This document shows, piece after piece, positions 12,674 through 26,932 of a stretch of DNA of 64,000 nt. The translations under genes were made by a program, and so were the position numbers. Origin of the DNA: Girardia tigrina (lineage: Eukaryota); contig MQRK01237686.1 in the NCBI GenBank assembly GCA_001938485.1, forward strand, positions 1-64,000, read 5' to 3'. The notes beneath the pieces were generated by a model. That model worked only from the letters and a program-made list of their open reading frames with translations. It was not told the origin of the DNA and did no database searches. Within the stretch, counting starts at the first letter, position 1; each line of letters starts with the position of its first letter.

Positions 12674-12839
12674 CCTTTGTTTTGTCATTGACCGCGATAT
12701 ATTCATTCATAAATGATATTCAAAATTTCAAATATCATTTATCAAATCATATCTTGTCGTAACAAATTACATGATTGAAAATTTAAAGTGTTATTAATTA
12801 ATATTATTAATATGCAATTTAAGAGGTGAAGCTCGGACT

Positions 12840-13185
12840 TAACAAAAAGCCAGATCTTCGCATGGCGCGGGCAATTTAGCCATCGCTGGGTGACTTCGAT
12901 CAGCATGAAGTTTTTTGAACCAAATGGTGAGTGAGAAAAAGTGCCAAAGTTTTAGTAGACTCTGTTGGGAATTTTTTGAGAAAGGGCGCCTCCGACTAAA
13001 TTGATATTGATAACGGAAAAGGTTTTCAATCAGAGACAATGTAAAGATTGCGTGAAGCATAGAAGGTGTCGGTGAGGTATCGTTGTGCATATAGGCCCTC
13101 AGGAAATGGCATCGTTGGGAGTAACCATCGCACAATAAAAAGGATGGCAGCAAGATCTGGACATGGTCTTCTATTACAATCTAAA
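12840..13185 (+). mobile_element. Ty3/gypsy integrase core remnant
   Basis: DNGKGF...YRCAYRPSGNGIV..NHRTIKRMAARSG, with stops and frameshifts. Confidence 0.75.
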
Positions 13186-13195
13186 CCCGAAATCT

Positions 13196-13239
<44 letters not shown>

Positions 13240-14339
13240 ATTTAAAATAGATAAATAGTTTTTGTCTACTTATTATTTGTGTATAAATTTCGGATTGTTT
13301 TTGATTTGATCGGAAGGCTAAAATTGAGTTGATTGCATTGATTGTGAGACGTTTTAATAAAATTCTAACGAAATTCTAATGAAATATTATCTATTTATCT
13401 ACTGCTTCATATGTTGCGAGTATGTCTCTTCCGATAAATGCTTTCACCATAAGTATCTGAATTGATTCATTTATTTGACATTCCTTTTAAAAAATATACA
13501 TTTTAAAAAATAAAGAATACACAATTTTAATTAGTTATAAAAATTATAAAAGAATGTTTTTAAGTAAATATGTTACGGGTTCATTGTCGTAAATATTAGA
13601 AAGACTTTCCTTCACTTTTTCAAAAAACTTCAAAGCCTGCTTATTGCTGATAAAAAAAATATTATCCATTTATTATTTATTATGTAATTATTTTTTCAGT
13701 ATTTATTCATGCAATCTAGGGTTTATTTTTCATTTTAATTATAAAATATTGATTTTTTTAAGAATAAGGTGAGTAATCAAATAATTAAAATGTTTTTTTT
13801 AATTATTAAATGTGAGATAGTTATATATTTTTCAATTAAATCGAGCAATATTTTATTTTATTTTATATCTCCACAATATACGTGATCGAAAGCATGAAGA
13901 ATGGTATAAAAATGGTGGATCTTCGGAAACCGTGCCTCCACATTATTTCAAAATCTCCAACTGTCGAGCACATGGAAAGGTACGCAAATAAAGACGAAGG
14001 CATAATTTCTATTACTATTAATGCCAAAATAAGTTTGGCAAAGCACGAGTTTAATCAAATAATTACAAATCGATTGAATTGTCTCAAGGCAATTTTTATC
14101 ATCCTGATTATAATTACAGTAGATGCGATTCAGGAAAATGCTATCTATAATCAGTAAATTCGAATTATCGCCTTTAAATTCACTAACGATATTTTAAAAA
14201 TTTATTGGATTTATCGAAATAACGAAATAAAATTGAAAATTTCGTAAATTTGAATCAAAACAATTTATTTTTAGATACATTTTTTACACATGTTTTTGAA
14301 ATCGCAATTGAAATTTTTTGCACACTTTTTTATTTCTTT

Positions 14340-14814
14340 TATTAAGAATTTGTGATTAAATTTCATCTCAAAAACTTTTATACACTTTTCTCACACAATT
14401 AACACACACACACACATCATCAATTGGACAAATCCTCTGGTTCACACACACGCCATCACATTCAATTTCATTTATGCACTCTATTGGATAATAAAAAAAA
14501 CTCACACCATTCCCAGTTTCTGATTACAATTCGTTGAATTCAAATTTTTCATTTATTTTAATTAAATTAATTACTTTTACTTATTTATTTAATTAATTAA
14601 TTTTTACTTATCTAATTTAATTAAGTTCCTTTTAATTATTTAATTAATTTATTTATTTAATTGTAAATTTTTAAATTATTTCGTTAATTAATACTGCTCT
14701 TAGTTATTCAATTTAGCTATTTTATTAATTATATATTTAATTCAATTTTTGTTATTTATTTTTCCCAAACTGACAAAATGTTCGGTCAAAATAACAATTT
14801 TTCCGCTCCTAATG
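14340..14814 (-). mobile_element. Decayed solo-LTR-like element related to 8399-8782
   Basis: Ends tattaagaat...ctcctaatg and shares internal words (attggata, attccc). No TSD recoverable. Confidence 0.4.
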
Positions 14815-14999
14815 ATAATTGTATAATAAAATTATTATTATTTTTTTTAATTTAATTTTTAATAATTTATGAAACACTTAGACATCCTGTATAGAAAAAG
14901 AGACAACCCAAAGCAGGACATTATTTTAACTCTCACAATAGTTCAATTAGTATTTTAAAAACATTTTTTGGTTTCTTATCATCAAATGCAACAAAATAA

Positions 15000-15160
15000 T
15001 AAACGATGCAGTGATGAGGAAGTTAAGAAGGTTGTTCCGGTACTTTTGACAGTGATGTAATGGTTGATCAAAGGGTTGATCTTTACTTTGATAATTACTA
15101 CACAAACAAAAATGTTTAGATTTTATTATTCTTAAAAGAATTATAATTTGTTATACAACC
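15000..15160 (+). mobile_element. piggyBac transposase scrap
   Basis: LYFDNYYT motif at about 15080-15105. Confidence 0.45.
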
Positions 15161-18100
15161 TTAATCATAATCGTAATGCTAAATTTATTGATAATATATC
15201 GCTTTAATGCTCAAAAATAGATTTTCTATGTTTATTTGTGATACACAAAAGAGGTCGAATTCCCTTGATAATAATGGAACGAAATGAAGAGACAGAAGGA
15301 TTTTAAATTATATTTGTTAGTAAATATTAATAATTAATTAATTATTATTTTAATTATAAATGAAATAATAAAATTAATTTACTTGCATTCAATTATATTT
15401 TATATTTGAATAACATCGTAAAATTTTGTATCAATTTTTTTAAATTTAATTTTTCCCAAATTTTCTTATTATTAATTACTAAAATTTGTATTTATATGTA
15501 GCTAGTTATTTTTTAAATTTAACTATTAAAAATTTTTTCAGTATCTTTTGAATATTTATTGTTTAAATAAAATTATTAATTAAATTTTATTATTAAAATA
15601 AAATCCAATAAAGTTATTTAAACAGTCGCTATTTTGATTATAATTATTCTTTTTACATTAAAAAAGAAAATTTTTTAATGAAAAAAGATGTTCGAATAAT
15701 AAATCATCGGACGAAATTCATTCAAGAGTTTGACGAAAAAACGCAAAGCTTAAGAAATAAGTCACAAATTGTCTTCTTTTAGCACTGGAAAAATAATTAT
15801 GTCCTCTTTTATTAATTAAAACAAAATATTTTAAAATTTATAACTTTATCTGATAACTAAAATTTTATCTTTTTACATAATATTAATAGTAAAAGCTTGT
15901 TAATAAATTTAAGAAGGATTTTAAAACATTTATTAACCATTTGAAGCATTAATTATATTAATAGTCCAGGGTAGTACGATAAGCATAACAGCAGTTAAGC
16001 GTAACAGAGTAATGTACATACGTAATGTAGTACGTTCAGAAGGTTTTTTAAGATTCTTGATTAGTGTTCTGAATTTAAATCAAGTTATATATATAATATT
16101 ATTGTTATTTATATTGAAATTTAAATTCGGAATCTTCACCTACCTCCCAGACAATTCAAATGAACAATATACTCTTTAAATGGTAATATGTGATAATTTG
16201 TCTACCTTTTATTCACTTTCAGACGAAATATAAATCACTATTTTAGTTCAAATCAAAACCGAAAAACTGAGAGGCATGTCGGGGCTTCGATCCTTTAGTT
16301 CATATGATGAAATTGGATATGGGGGTCACAAAAACACTCTTAAAAGAAGTTTCAGTAACATTTGGATGAGTCTTGCCTTGCCCCACTGTTATTTCAGCAG
16401 GCGTGAGCGCTGAATCGTTTTGAAAGTAATAAAATTAAAAGAAAAGAAAGCTCTAAAATTGGGAGCCTCAGATAATTGTGATATCGATTCGTGGCATTAT
16501 ATGATTGACCGAGAGATTTTTTCGATCGTACTTTTTCTGAACTGTTTGTTTAAACAAATAAAAAAGTTATTTTAAGCGCAATTCTTTGTCTTTTGAATTT
16601 GATTTAAGTCGCCATTAAAAAGAAAAATTACGGATTCAATAATGATAGAAAGAGTTATAATAACGACAATAGAAAAAAATCAAATGAATTCAGTGCTAAT
16701 CGGAACAATCGATTCGATCGTGATTACAGAAAAAGCGGGATGATTCCAATGAAAAATGACCGTCTTCGATCGTTTCCTACGATCGAAAGATAAACTGAGA
16801 CGATAAACGACGCGATCGGCGAGGCGATTCCGACCAGTTCAAAAATCGACGAAACAATCACGATGAATCGAAAAAAAATGTCGGAAATTTGTTTAAAACG
16901 ATCGTAGATACAATCACGATGCTTCCCAAGACCGACCAAGAGCGAAACGGCGGCAAGGGAATCCGATCGACCGAGCCCACCTGGGTGAACTTCACTCCAA
17001 GCATATTGAATTATGAATTCGATTTCGATGACGATGTATAAATTAAAGGTATTCATTTGTTCCTCCCAGCGACCCGAATTTCAGCCCCAACACCAGGATG
17101 TCGCAATCAGACGAATCCTGCGCCCACTCCGCTATCACATAATTCAAATAGGCATTCTCTTAATATTAATTTATTTTCAGTCGGTTCAATTGCATGTTTC
17201 GAATCATCTGCAGCAATTCGAAAAATTTTCTTATCTGTTTTAGATAACTATCTATCTGTATCAGATAACGATTTCCTTCTTTCTTATCTCTATGATTCGT
17301 ATGATTCCAAATTTTCAACAGACTTTATTTTTAAAAATATGGGACCAGCACAATGAGACCGGGCGTTCAGATGATCCACTGCACGCCTCTGCTACTACCA
17401 TCCAGTTTTCGGGGTAACTCGGGGATCGGGCTGAACAATTAGAATTGAAGTAAACAATTCCCCTTTGTCCTGCTTTTTTTGTGATCTCACGAGTTCGGAG
17501 TCTATTTCCAATTGTGAATTTTTTTTGTAATATCTAAACTGCTGTTACATCGTTTAAGGTATTGATAGGTCCCGTAAGTACCATTCATTTACCCATGTCA
17601 GACGGGTAGCTAACAAATAGATCGTCCACTGTTAAAAATTTATTTGGTAAAAATAAAACAGAAGCTCAGTTTTAATTGACAAAAAATGTTAAATGATATT
17701 CTAGTTAGCTCAAATTTTACTACTTTTTACTTACACAAACTCACAAGCCACTAACTAGTTCATTCCAACAGCCATTAATCAATCGATTTTCAAATATTCA
17801 AATATCTTGGAGATGGCCAATTTTGAGTCAAACCAAGATTGAAAAATTAGGCAGCCGATTTTCTCAGCGAAAATATAAAAATCAACAGGATTCAAAGGTC
17901 AAAGACAATTTAAAGTTTATCTTTTTATTAATCATATATTTTTATATTTTAGATACCAAGGAAGTATCTTATCATTCGATTGCCAGCATCATAAGTAGAC
18001 CTTCTCGACAGCAGGAGATCTAAGGATCTCAACAAATACATTAAAATTTTAAATAGAGTTATTCATACATATTCAGAATATTCAATCAGAAATCAATCAG

Positions 18101-18622
18101 CCATCTTGGAAGGAGCGGAACCACATTAAAACAACACAATATTTACGAAAAAAGTCTGATAATATTCTGATAATAGTCTGATAATATATACACATAAGAT
18201 TTCCTTTCTTCATTTGATTTATTTATAATGAAAAATAACTTAAAATTATTTAATTTTAAATGTTGAGCTATAAATATAAATTTATATTTCATTGAATTTC
18301 AACAATATTGTGATGGACATTTTCAATGTTTTATTTTCTTTTAGAGTGACGTTCATTGTGGTTCCAGAGGTTGATTGATATATTAAATAATTCCGTTATT
18401 CAAATATAATATGATATTGAGAAAATTAATATTGCAATTAGAATGGGAATTTTATATGATAACTCATCAAATATGAGTTTGTACGTTAAAGTAAAGCTTT
18501 TTGGACATTTGTGATGCAATTAACCAGAAGGTTACTAAACATAACAGAGTATAAAGTTAGTTGGCGAATTTTCTATGGTCATTGGCCTTACCTTTTATTG
18601 TTAGCAAGTAAACTATTATAAA

Positions 18623-20401
18623 TAGAGCAGGACGTACACTGATTTTTAAGAACCAGTGCATCGGATGAAATTTCGGTAGGTGCACCGGTGCATTGACCTT
18701 GAAATTATTTAAACAAAAAACAGTTATTTTATCAAAATATTAAATACTTTTTTTTATTTTTTATTAAATAATAAGTTACTTACTAATTATAGCATAATTA
18801 TACAAAGAAAATAACAATAATAATATTATTAATAATAATTCAATTAAACAGAAGGTGAAAAACACATTTTTATGAGAAATTACAGTTTAATAAGGTGAGC
18901 AGTTTGACAATCTTAGATGTAAAGCAATTCCGTTGCGTTGTTACAATATTTCCTGTTACTCAATATTAAGAACATTTAAACAAGTCTCGTTTGAATCTTT
19001 ATTGCAATTACATTTAGAGTCATAACAACTCTCAGAAGGTCTTTCATCGTTTGCCATCGTTCTAATTGGTTTTCTTATTTCTGTTTTTAATCATGATTAT
19101 TCGAACAATTTTTCTAAGTTATTTTTTAAAATATTTAAACTCTAAAAATATTAATTAAAAATATTAATTTTTACCATTTTTCAATAAATCCCAAAATAAT
19201 TAAAATGACATCAAATTATTAAAAATGCATTTAATTTAAATTCTATGAAAAATTATTAAACTTAATTTTAATTCTGAAATTAAAGATATGAACTTATAAA
19301 ATGATTATTTTAATTATGTTCGAATAGTCAATCACTTTAAATTTAATAAAAAATACCAATTTCCATCTGGGTGGGAGAATCACCATTCTAAATTCAACAT
19401 ACTTAAATCAACATACAGCATCCACACATTTACACATTGAAACAATTTAAAATATTCCTCACACTCAAAATACACATTCAGAAAGGACAAAAGTAGTATA
19501 GAAAAATATTTTCTGACATAAGGTGCAATAATCAAGAAACGCATTTTCGCACCACCATAAGTTTCTATCTTGCAAATTTTGATTCAGCGGCTCCATAAAT
19601 TATTACTTCAGTTCATTTATACATTCACAGGTAACACTTTCTGAATTATTTGTGGCATTTTGTCCAGTAGGTTTTGATATCAACTCGTTCATGGGTGTGA
19701 GTTTCGTAAACTTAGTTGAGAACTCATTTTCTTCAAAATTATCACTTACATTAATTTTATGTATTTATTCAAGATTCTGTTGTTGAAGTAGAATGTTTTG
19801 AAAATTATTAATGATCCGTCCCTTCTTAAGGAATGAAAGAATCTAAAAAAATCTAATATGAATCTAAAAGAGTTGCAATGTATATTGGGGTGTCCAGAGT
19901 TTGATTTATTGGATAACACATTTTTAAGTCAATAGTCATTGCTGGACAAACATTTTTACTATTCCTTCGAATGTTCTGCTTGTTGAGTTGTCTTATTTAA
20001 AAGCTGATAAACTCAAGGTAATATTAAAAATACAGTAACATATTTTACGCAACATATTGCTTCTGTTATTATAGTCTAAGGCTTTAGAATTGATATTATG
20101 TTCAAATTAGTTCCCAACCATTTTGAGAAAGTTCAACTGACAATCTGTTGTGGATAAGTTTTCAAATTCCAATCATCGGTAATATAATGTACAGTCAAAG
20201 AAATAGAACCCACATTGACTATTTGAAGTTCAGGTATCGATATTAAGTGATAAATGATGTACATCCCGTAAATTGTTCCTTATTATGTTCGTTTTTCATC
20301 AAGCAGTCGATTTAATACAATCTTTATTTGGAACGTTTAATTAAAAAATAATAAATAACGGTGCAGCAGAAATTTATTTCGGTGCACCGCGCCTGACCCT
20401 T
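18623..20401 (-). mobile_element. Decayed hAT transposon interrupted by a solo LTR
   Basis: Dimerisation domain LWW...VRKYF...SECVF|VTGNIVTTQRN split exactly by 18964-19463. ggtgcacc subterminal repeats. Flanks attataaa/attttaac (6/8). Confidence 0.7.
18964..19463 (-). mobile_element. Solo-LTR-like element (subfamily A), 500 bp
   Basis: Perfect TSD CTCAA (18959-18963/19464-19468). Ends TGTGAGGAAT...GTTCTTAATA. ATG at 19057 gives 31 codons +1 nt to the terminus. Confidence 0.9.
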
Positions 20402-20999
20402 ATTTTAACTCATCTAGAAGAAATCGGTTGGTGAAAAAAAGTGAATTTTTGAGTTTCATATGAACTGAATGGAAAACATTAACAACAATATGTTAATGCC
20501 TCAACGATTTTTCTAGGGAGAATATTAAATATTATTTAATAAACAGCTATTACTGAAAAAGTTGTATGTTTTATTCATTTCAGTTCCCTAAAAAATACCG
20601 CAACGTAATAAATAAAAATATGTATTATGTTGCCGTCAGTGAGAGGAACAATGTATGTCAATGGATTAAAAATATTGTGTGTGCAAGTTTTCATTGTGTG
20701 CATGTATGTACTTACTTATATGTAATTATTTGTATATATTTGCGTGTTTTTTGAGTTGATTAGTTGTCCAATCATAAATGAATGTTTTTAAACAAAAATT
20801 TTGACTTGTACGTGACTATACTCAAGAGTGTCCTTGGTATAATGTTATGCCAATAAAAATTTTAAGAAAAAGTTATCTTGTTTTTGATTGCAATGAATTT
20901 TTCTTGTTCTTGATATTTTAGCACTTTAAAGAGAAAAATTATACTGAAATGAATAATGAATAATTTATACTGAAATGAATATTAAAAAAATCGAAATTT

Positions 21000-21410
21000 T
21001 GTCTTTTGATTCGTTGTTGCTGGAAATTCTATCTAACTTAAAGAAATTCTCAAAGTAGTTTTATGATATCGAAGGCCACAGAATGGTTGATTTAAATTTA
21101 GTGTCCTTAGCCTTAAGGATGAATCTCGTTCTGGTGGACTTCAAAATTAGATGACGAAGACTTTCAAGCTACTTTATATACCAAAAAATCATCAAGTACT
21201 CAAGACTTGGTACCTGAATCTAAAGTCAGTAAATTGACAATTTATAAACATCTCAATGACAAGATTATGCAAACAAGAATCTATGCCAGATCCACACGAG
21301 TCAAATAAACCCAGAGCCGCAATGTGAGTTAAAATTTGTTGTGAACTACTCGAAAATTTGAACTGCGACCAATTTTGGAAACGCATTGTGACTTCTTACA
21401 GGAAAATGAA
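21000..21410 (+). mobile_element. Mariner transposase remnant
   Basis: PHE...ICCELL...FWKRIVT, heavily decayed. Confidence 0.55.
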
Positions 21411-21956
21411 CGACTGCATTTTTAGGAATAGTTGTTTGAGTTAGTAATTTATGAGAATAAAATAAAATTTAGTAACTGAAAGTGAACTTTATGGATAACT
21501 CAGTATTACAGACTTAGGAAACGAATAATTTAGTTTTTAATTATTTCTTTAATTTGTCATAAGACCCCTTTGATGACCTTTTGTTTCCCATAGAATGTTT
21601 TTCATAAACTTTTCAATCCCATAAAAATATGATTTAAATTATTCTGATTAATTTTATTTTGAAAAATGAGTATATGAACAACATCACTATGATTTTGGGA
21701 CCATTTATTATTATTTACAAAAATTCTTTATAAAAATTCTTTACAAGAATTCTTCAAATCACTTTTCTTATACATCTTTTTAGATTAACATTTTTCTGTA
21801 GATCATCCGAGTTCTTCAAAAACAAATGGAAAATATTTATAATATAAATTAATTATCAAAACTCTCATTGGTTAGTGCAGAATCTAAACATTTTTAAAAT
21901 AAAAAGAAGTATCAATTAAATTTATTAAAATTAAAAAGTTGCATTAAAAAATTAAA

Positions 21957-22080
21957 TATTACTGTTGGGTTCTTGATCAATATTAGAATTCATAACACCA
22001 AAAATTTATTAATAACACATTTAACAATTATTCAAACAATTTTTGTTGTAATAAAAATTGTTGTTTTTAATAAAATTTTT
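21957..22080 (-). mobile_element. 3' end of a subfamily-C-like solo LTR (other end not located)
   Basis: ATG at 21993 gives MNSNIDQEPNSN +1 nt, similar to the peptides at 57437 and 34532. Confidence 0.5.
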
Positions 22081-22641
22081 TGTAGAGGAACTTTCTATCG
22101 ATTTCTTAATGACAAGATTCTTATATAAAAATATGAAATTATAAATATAAATAACTGATAAGTTATATTAAAATAGAAAATTTTTAATCCTATTTATTTG
22201 AAAATTTACATTCTTATTTTTAAATTAAAAACCAACAAAATTTTGTAGTCATATTTTTTACTAAATTAATCATAATGATATTTTATTATTTTAGAATTAG
22301 TTTAATGTTATTTCTCTTTTTTTTGAAACATTTCTAATTAATAAAGATTTTAATGTTTTATTTTTTTCAATATTTACAAATTTTATTATTTTTATGATAC
22401 GTTAATAATAAAAGTCTTAATTAAAATTTTTTTACAACATTATTTAGAATAACTTTTACAATTATTACAACTTATTTTATCATTGTATTTATATATATAT
22501 TTTAATCAATTATTTAAAAATCCATTATTTCCCAATTAATTTCATTTTAAGTTTTTTTACACTACAAATAAAATTCGATTATTCTCGAAAANNNNNNNNN
22601 NNNNNNNNNNNNNNNNNNNNNNNNNNNNNNNNNNNNNNNNN

Positions 22642-22929
22642 AAATTAATTGCGATATTTTTTACATTATTAGAAAAACTTTTGATTTTAAATATTTACTT
22701 ATTTCAAATATTATTTATAAAAAATTATTTATTCAAAAATTTAAAGGATTATTTTTCACAATTACATTTGAAATTTAAATATTATATTTGTAATTTAAAA
22801 TATAATTATTTTCAAATAGTATGAATCAAAGAAAATATCAATCAGCCCTCTGGGTAGGAGAGGCACAATCCAAAGAAATACATAACAAGCAAATTATAAA
22901 ACAACAAACAATTCAGTACATTCCTCATG
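22642..22929 (-). mobile_element. 5' part of a subfamily-A solo LTR cut by an N gap
   Basis: atatcaatcagccctctgggtaggagaggcacaatcc box and end acattcctcatg, homologous to 11837-11940. Confidence 0.75.
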
Positions 22930-24370
22930 GAGTGTTCTTTTAAATTTTCGGATTCTCGAGCCGAAAAGGGTGCGCCATTCTCACAAAAAAATCAGTTTGC
23001 GAAACTCCCTCTTCTATTTCATCATCAAAGGATATATTGCATCGAAATTTTTCATAAATGAAATCGGCCCTACTTTAATTTTGACTTCCTCATCATCGGT
23101 CTGGTAGAGCGATTGAAATCAATCGTATATTTTGTGTTGCATTTGACAAAATCGATCATTTTGAAAATTCCCAATGAAACTACTCTTTTTTATTATCAAT
23201 AAAAAACTCAAAATGAAAGTCATTTTCGTACGTATCCCAATAATCTCATTAATTTGGTTTTAGGGATCAATAAACCCGATTAACTTAACCAAATTGAATT
23301 CCAATTGTTTACATTACATTTTATAGGGTTTAGTTGATCGCAATATTTAGTTGAAAACTCGCAATATTTTTGTTATTAAATTTTCAAAAACATAACAAAA
23401 ACAAATCTTTAGAAACGCTTTATTTTCACTCTCCCACCAATAGGAATTATCGACTATTTTTTTAACAACACCACAGTCAAAGTTACTTAGCAACGATTTA
23501 GATAAACAAAGACTTCAGAATTTTCTAGATCGCAACATAAAAGAAAAACCTATTTACAAATATTCGAACTATAAATATTAATATTAAATGTTTCTTTAAT
23601 AATAATACATTTTTCTTTTTGTTTTAAAAATTTCTTATTATTCAATGCAGAAAAATGATTATATTTTATTGTAGTTTGAATACAGCAGAAGTACTCGCTG
23701 GATGAAAAGATTTATAGAGTAATCACACGATAAAAAGAAGAATTACTGGAAGGAAAGAATGATATTTTTAATTAATATTACAATATTCGAATTGCAAAAA
23801 TAACTCTTTCTTTAAGACAAAATCTTAATGAAATAACATTTGTAATTAATTTTTTCAAGAAAAATAAAAGATTTATTTTTTCTCATTATTTTAAAACAAA
23901 AGTAGAAAAGTGTCTAGTCTAATTATTTACACATTAATTAAATTTAGTTAATTTAATAAATTAATTATAATTAAGTAATACAATTAAAATTATTTTAAAT
24001 TATTTGATTTCTCACAATTTTGGTAACGCATAATATAAATTTATATTTAATATTCCACGGCCAATTTTCGCGTCTGGAATTCCATTAGAAGAGACAATTT
24101 TATACAAGCATCAAATATCAAATTTATTTTTACCAGAATTAAATAATGTACAATTAGTAATAAAATTGAAAACGAATTATGTAAAAATTCGACAAAATAT
24201 TTTTTAAGAAATTTTTAACAAATATTATTGAAATAAAATTTGAAGCAAAATTTTATTATTTAAAAAAATAATTTATATATTATAGCAATTAAATTCAATT
24301 TAATTTATAAATTTAATAGAATTTGAAAATAATTATTTACCACTTACGCGTGTATTTCAACTTATATTTC

Positions 24371-24767
24371 TATGAGGAGTTAGTTAAAATGTTCAATTCG
24401 CCAAATAATTTATATTTTTTTAATTTGAAATTTTAACAAAAATTAAATAATTATTTTTAAAAATAAAAATTTTAAAATAAATAATAAACGGGATTTAATG
24501 TGAATTTATAATAAACTTCTTAAACGAAATTATTTTTATGGAAATTAAAATTAAGGTCAATATTTTTTACAAAATAATTTGAAAGAAATTTTAGTTAAAT
24601 GTAAATTAAACATAATAATTTAAATAAAATTAAATAAAGTTGGCGAAATGAAAAAATTAGTTGACGAAATTATGTTTGAAAATCTATGTTTGTTATATTA
24701 ATAAATTTGGAATTAATTAAGAATTTCGAAATTCTAAATAATGACAATAACATCAATGACAATAACA
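24371..24767 (+). mobile_element. Solo-LTR-like element (subfamily C)
   Basis: Perfect TSD ATTTC. Ends tatgaggagttagttaa...aataaca. ATG at 24686 gives 27 open codons +1 nt. Confidence 0.8.
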
Positions 24768-25420
24768 ATTTCAAATTAAACTGTGTTGTAAGTATTTGAC
24801 ACCCTCCTTAGCTGAACTTTGCCTATTCCTGTTCCAGGGAATCTTATATTTATTTCCAAAATCTTCTAAACAACCAAATAAACCGCTATGATCGTTGTTT
24901 ATTTGTTATAATGTCAAGAAAGTGTAATGAAAATGCTGTTATTTGAGTTACTTTGCATCAATATTGAAAAAAGGATTTATTACAAGAACCACAGACAAGA
25001 ACATTTGTGTGGTAAAAGGTAACATGGTTACCAGTATGACAGCAGATTTAATCATTAATTGAAGGTAACTTATGTCTCAATACAAAACCACATTCAAGGA
25101 TTTCTTTATTCAGCCATTGTTTGGTATTTCCAGCAACTTTGTCTCAGACTAAATATTATTCAGAAATTCAATATGTATTGACTCCAGTTCACTCTCAACT
25201 TCATGCTGATATCTGTCCACAACTTATTGCCACTTCTTAGAATGCCTGATTCTGAAAACGAATTGTCTGTTTATTAAAACCAAATTTATACATACATTTT
25301 TACATGAACAAAAGATAACTGATGTCCGGGTAACAAATAATCAAGATTTTTCGAAGACAACAAGTAGTAAAAAGCATAATCTTTAAGAGTCTGGTGCAAT
25401 TTTGATGATATAATGTACCT

Positions 25421-25970
25421 TATTAAGAACATCAACATGGCTTTTCAAACTTTTATTTTCAATACAGTCAGAATTGTCTTTTGGACAACTCTCAGAAAAA
25501 CTCTCGCCATTCGACATCGTTCTGAATTGATAATTTTTTGTTAATGTTTGTTAATAAACAATTATTCGAACAATTATTTCATTATTTTCTGATTTTATTT
25601 TTAAAGTTCATTTTTGTAGTTTTAGTATTAATTTTTATTTACATATTAATTTTATTTAAAAATTATTTTATGTAAAGAAAGAACATTTAATTANNNNNNN
25701 NNNNNNNNNNNNNNNNNNNNNNNNNNNNNNNNNNNNNNNNNNNNNNNNNNNNNNNNNNNNNNNNNNNNNNNNNNNNNNNNNNNNNNNNNNNNNNNNNNNN
25801 NNNNNNNNNNNNNNNNNNNNNNNNNNNNNNNNNNNNNNNNNNNNNNNNNNNNAACATCTAAAATATCAATTTTCCATCTGGGTGGAAGAAACACATTTCC
25901 AAATACTAAACTCAACATACAAAATTCAACAAACCAATTTCAACATACCAAATTTAAAATATTCCTCACA
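25421..25970 (-). mobile_element. Solo-LTR-like element (subfamily A), internal N gap
   Basis: Perfect TSD TACCT. ATG at 25517 gives MSNGESFSESCPKDNSDCIENKSLKSHVDVLN +1 nt. Confidence 0.9.
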
Positions 25971-26768
25971 TACCTTTCAACCTGTTTTCAGTGATTCATG
26001 AAATAAATGATAATATCTATTCTAGACAACTTCATCGGGTTCATCAAGTTTTGTGAAGATTTTACCCTGAATTGATGAGATGGAACGGTCAATTGACTTG
26101 TATAATAAGGCATTCACTTCCACTGTAAGGAAAATTCCGAAAAAGCTATGATATGATATCATAAAAAAGAGATATGATATCATCTAATGGTTACTTTTCC
26201 GGTCATTGACTTACTTTGTATGAGCGTGAAAGTTGAAACATGTTGATGAAGTTTGGACATGGATATCTCAAGAAGTGAAGTAAACATAGAATCGAAATTT
26301 TGGCAAGATGATTAGTCTAAACATTAGATGGGTCTTACTTCGCAAGTAAATAAATATTTATTTTTCTTTTTTAGGGTATATAAATTAGACATTCAAGTGT
26401 TTAGAAACTTTTGCATCATTCTGACTGCACGAGAATTATGATTCTTAGATCATCCTACTCTTTTTTCAGTAATTTTTTGTTCACATTTTTCATATATTTC
26501 TAGAGATCAGTCATCTCTGTTCTTATTGAAAAAATATGTGAGCCTACTTTCGAAATCAATTTTATAGTTTTCTCCAGTTGGTAAAATAAATATTTGAATG
26601 ACCTTGGAATTTGTTTGGTCGAATCAATGAATGACTTTGAAAATTATTATTAATCAAAATTGTATACGTGACAAAAAATATTTTGAATTTTATTTAGCAG
26701 AGATAATTAAATTTGTGGTGGAAAATTTGCTTTGAAAAATGGTAAAATTCGAAAATATTCAATTTAAA

Positions 26769-26932
26769 ATGAAGAAAAATTTGGATGAAAACTTTGACCT
26801 TATTATTACAATCATTCTGATCAGAGATGTCGGGGTCAGAAAAACGAGAGTCGTTCAGAGATCTTTATTTAGAAAATTTCTTGAAAGAAATGAGAGTGTG
26901 ATTGTTGTTGATGTTACAATGAAAACAATTAA
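26769..26932 (+). pseudogene. Rab19/Rab30/Rab43-like small GTPase N-terminal fragment
   Basis: ENFDLIITIILIRDVGVRKTRVVQR...FLERNESVIVVDVTMKTI aligns by eye with [24 protein letters not shown]...STIGVDFTMKT. P-loop glycines are mutated. Confidence 0.8.

Noticed and set aside
16700-17356. Possible membrane-protein ORF 16724-17056 and overlapping ORFs
   Set aside because: Coding-like composition, but no frame or strand gave a recognisable family.
26000-26680. Possible MULE transposase remnant (LDGSYF, ESMN)
   Set aside because: Only two short words match; too decayed to call.
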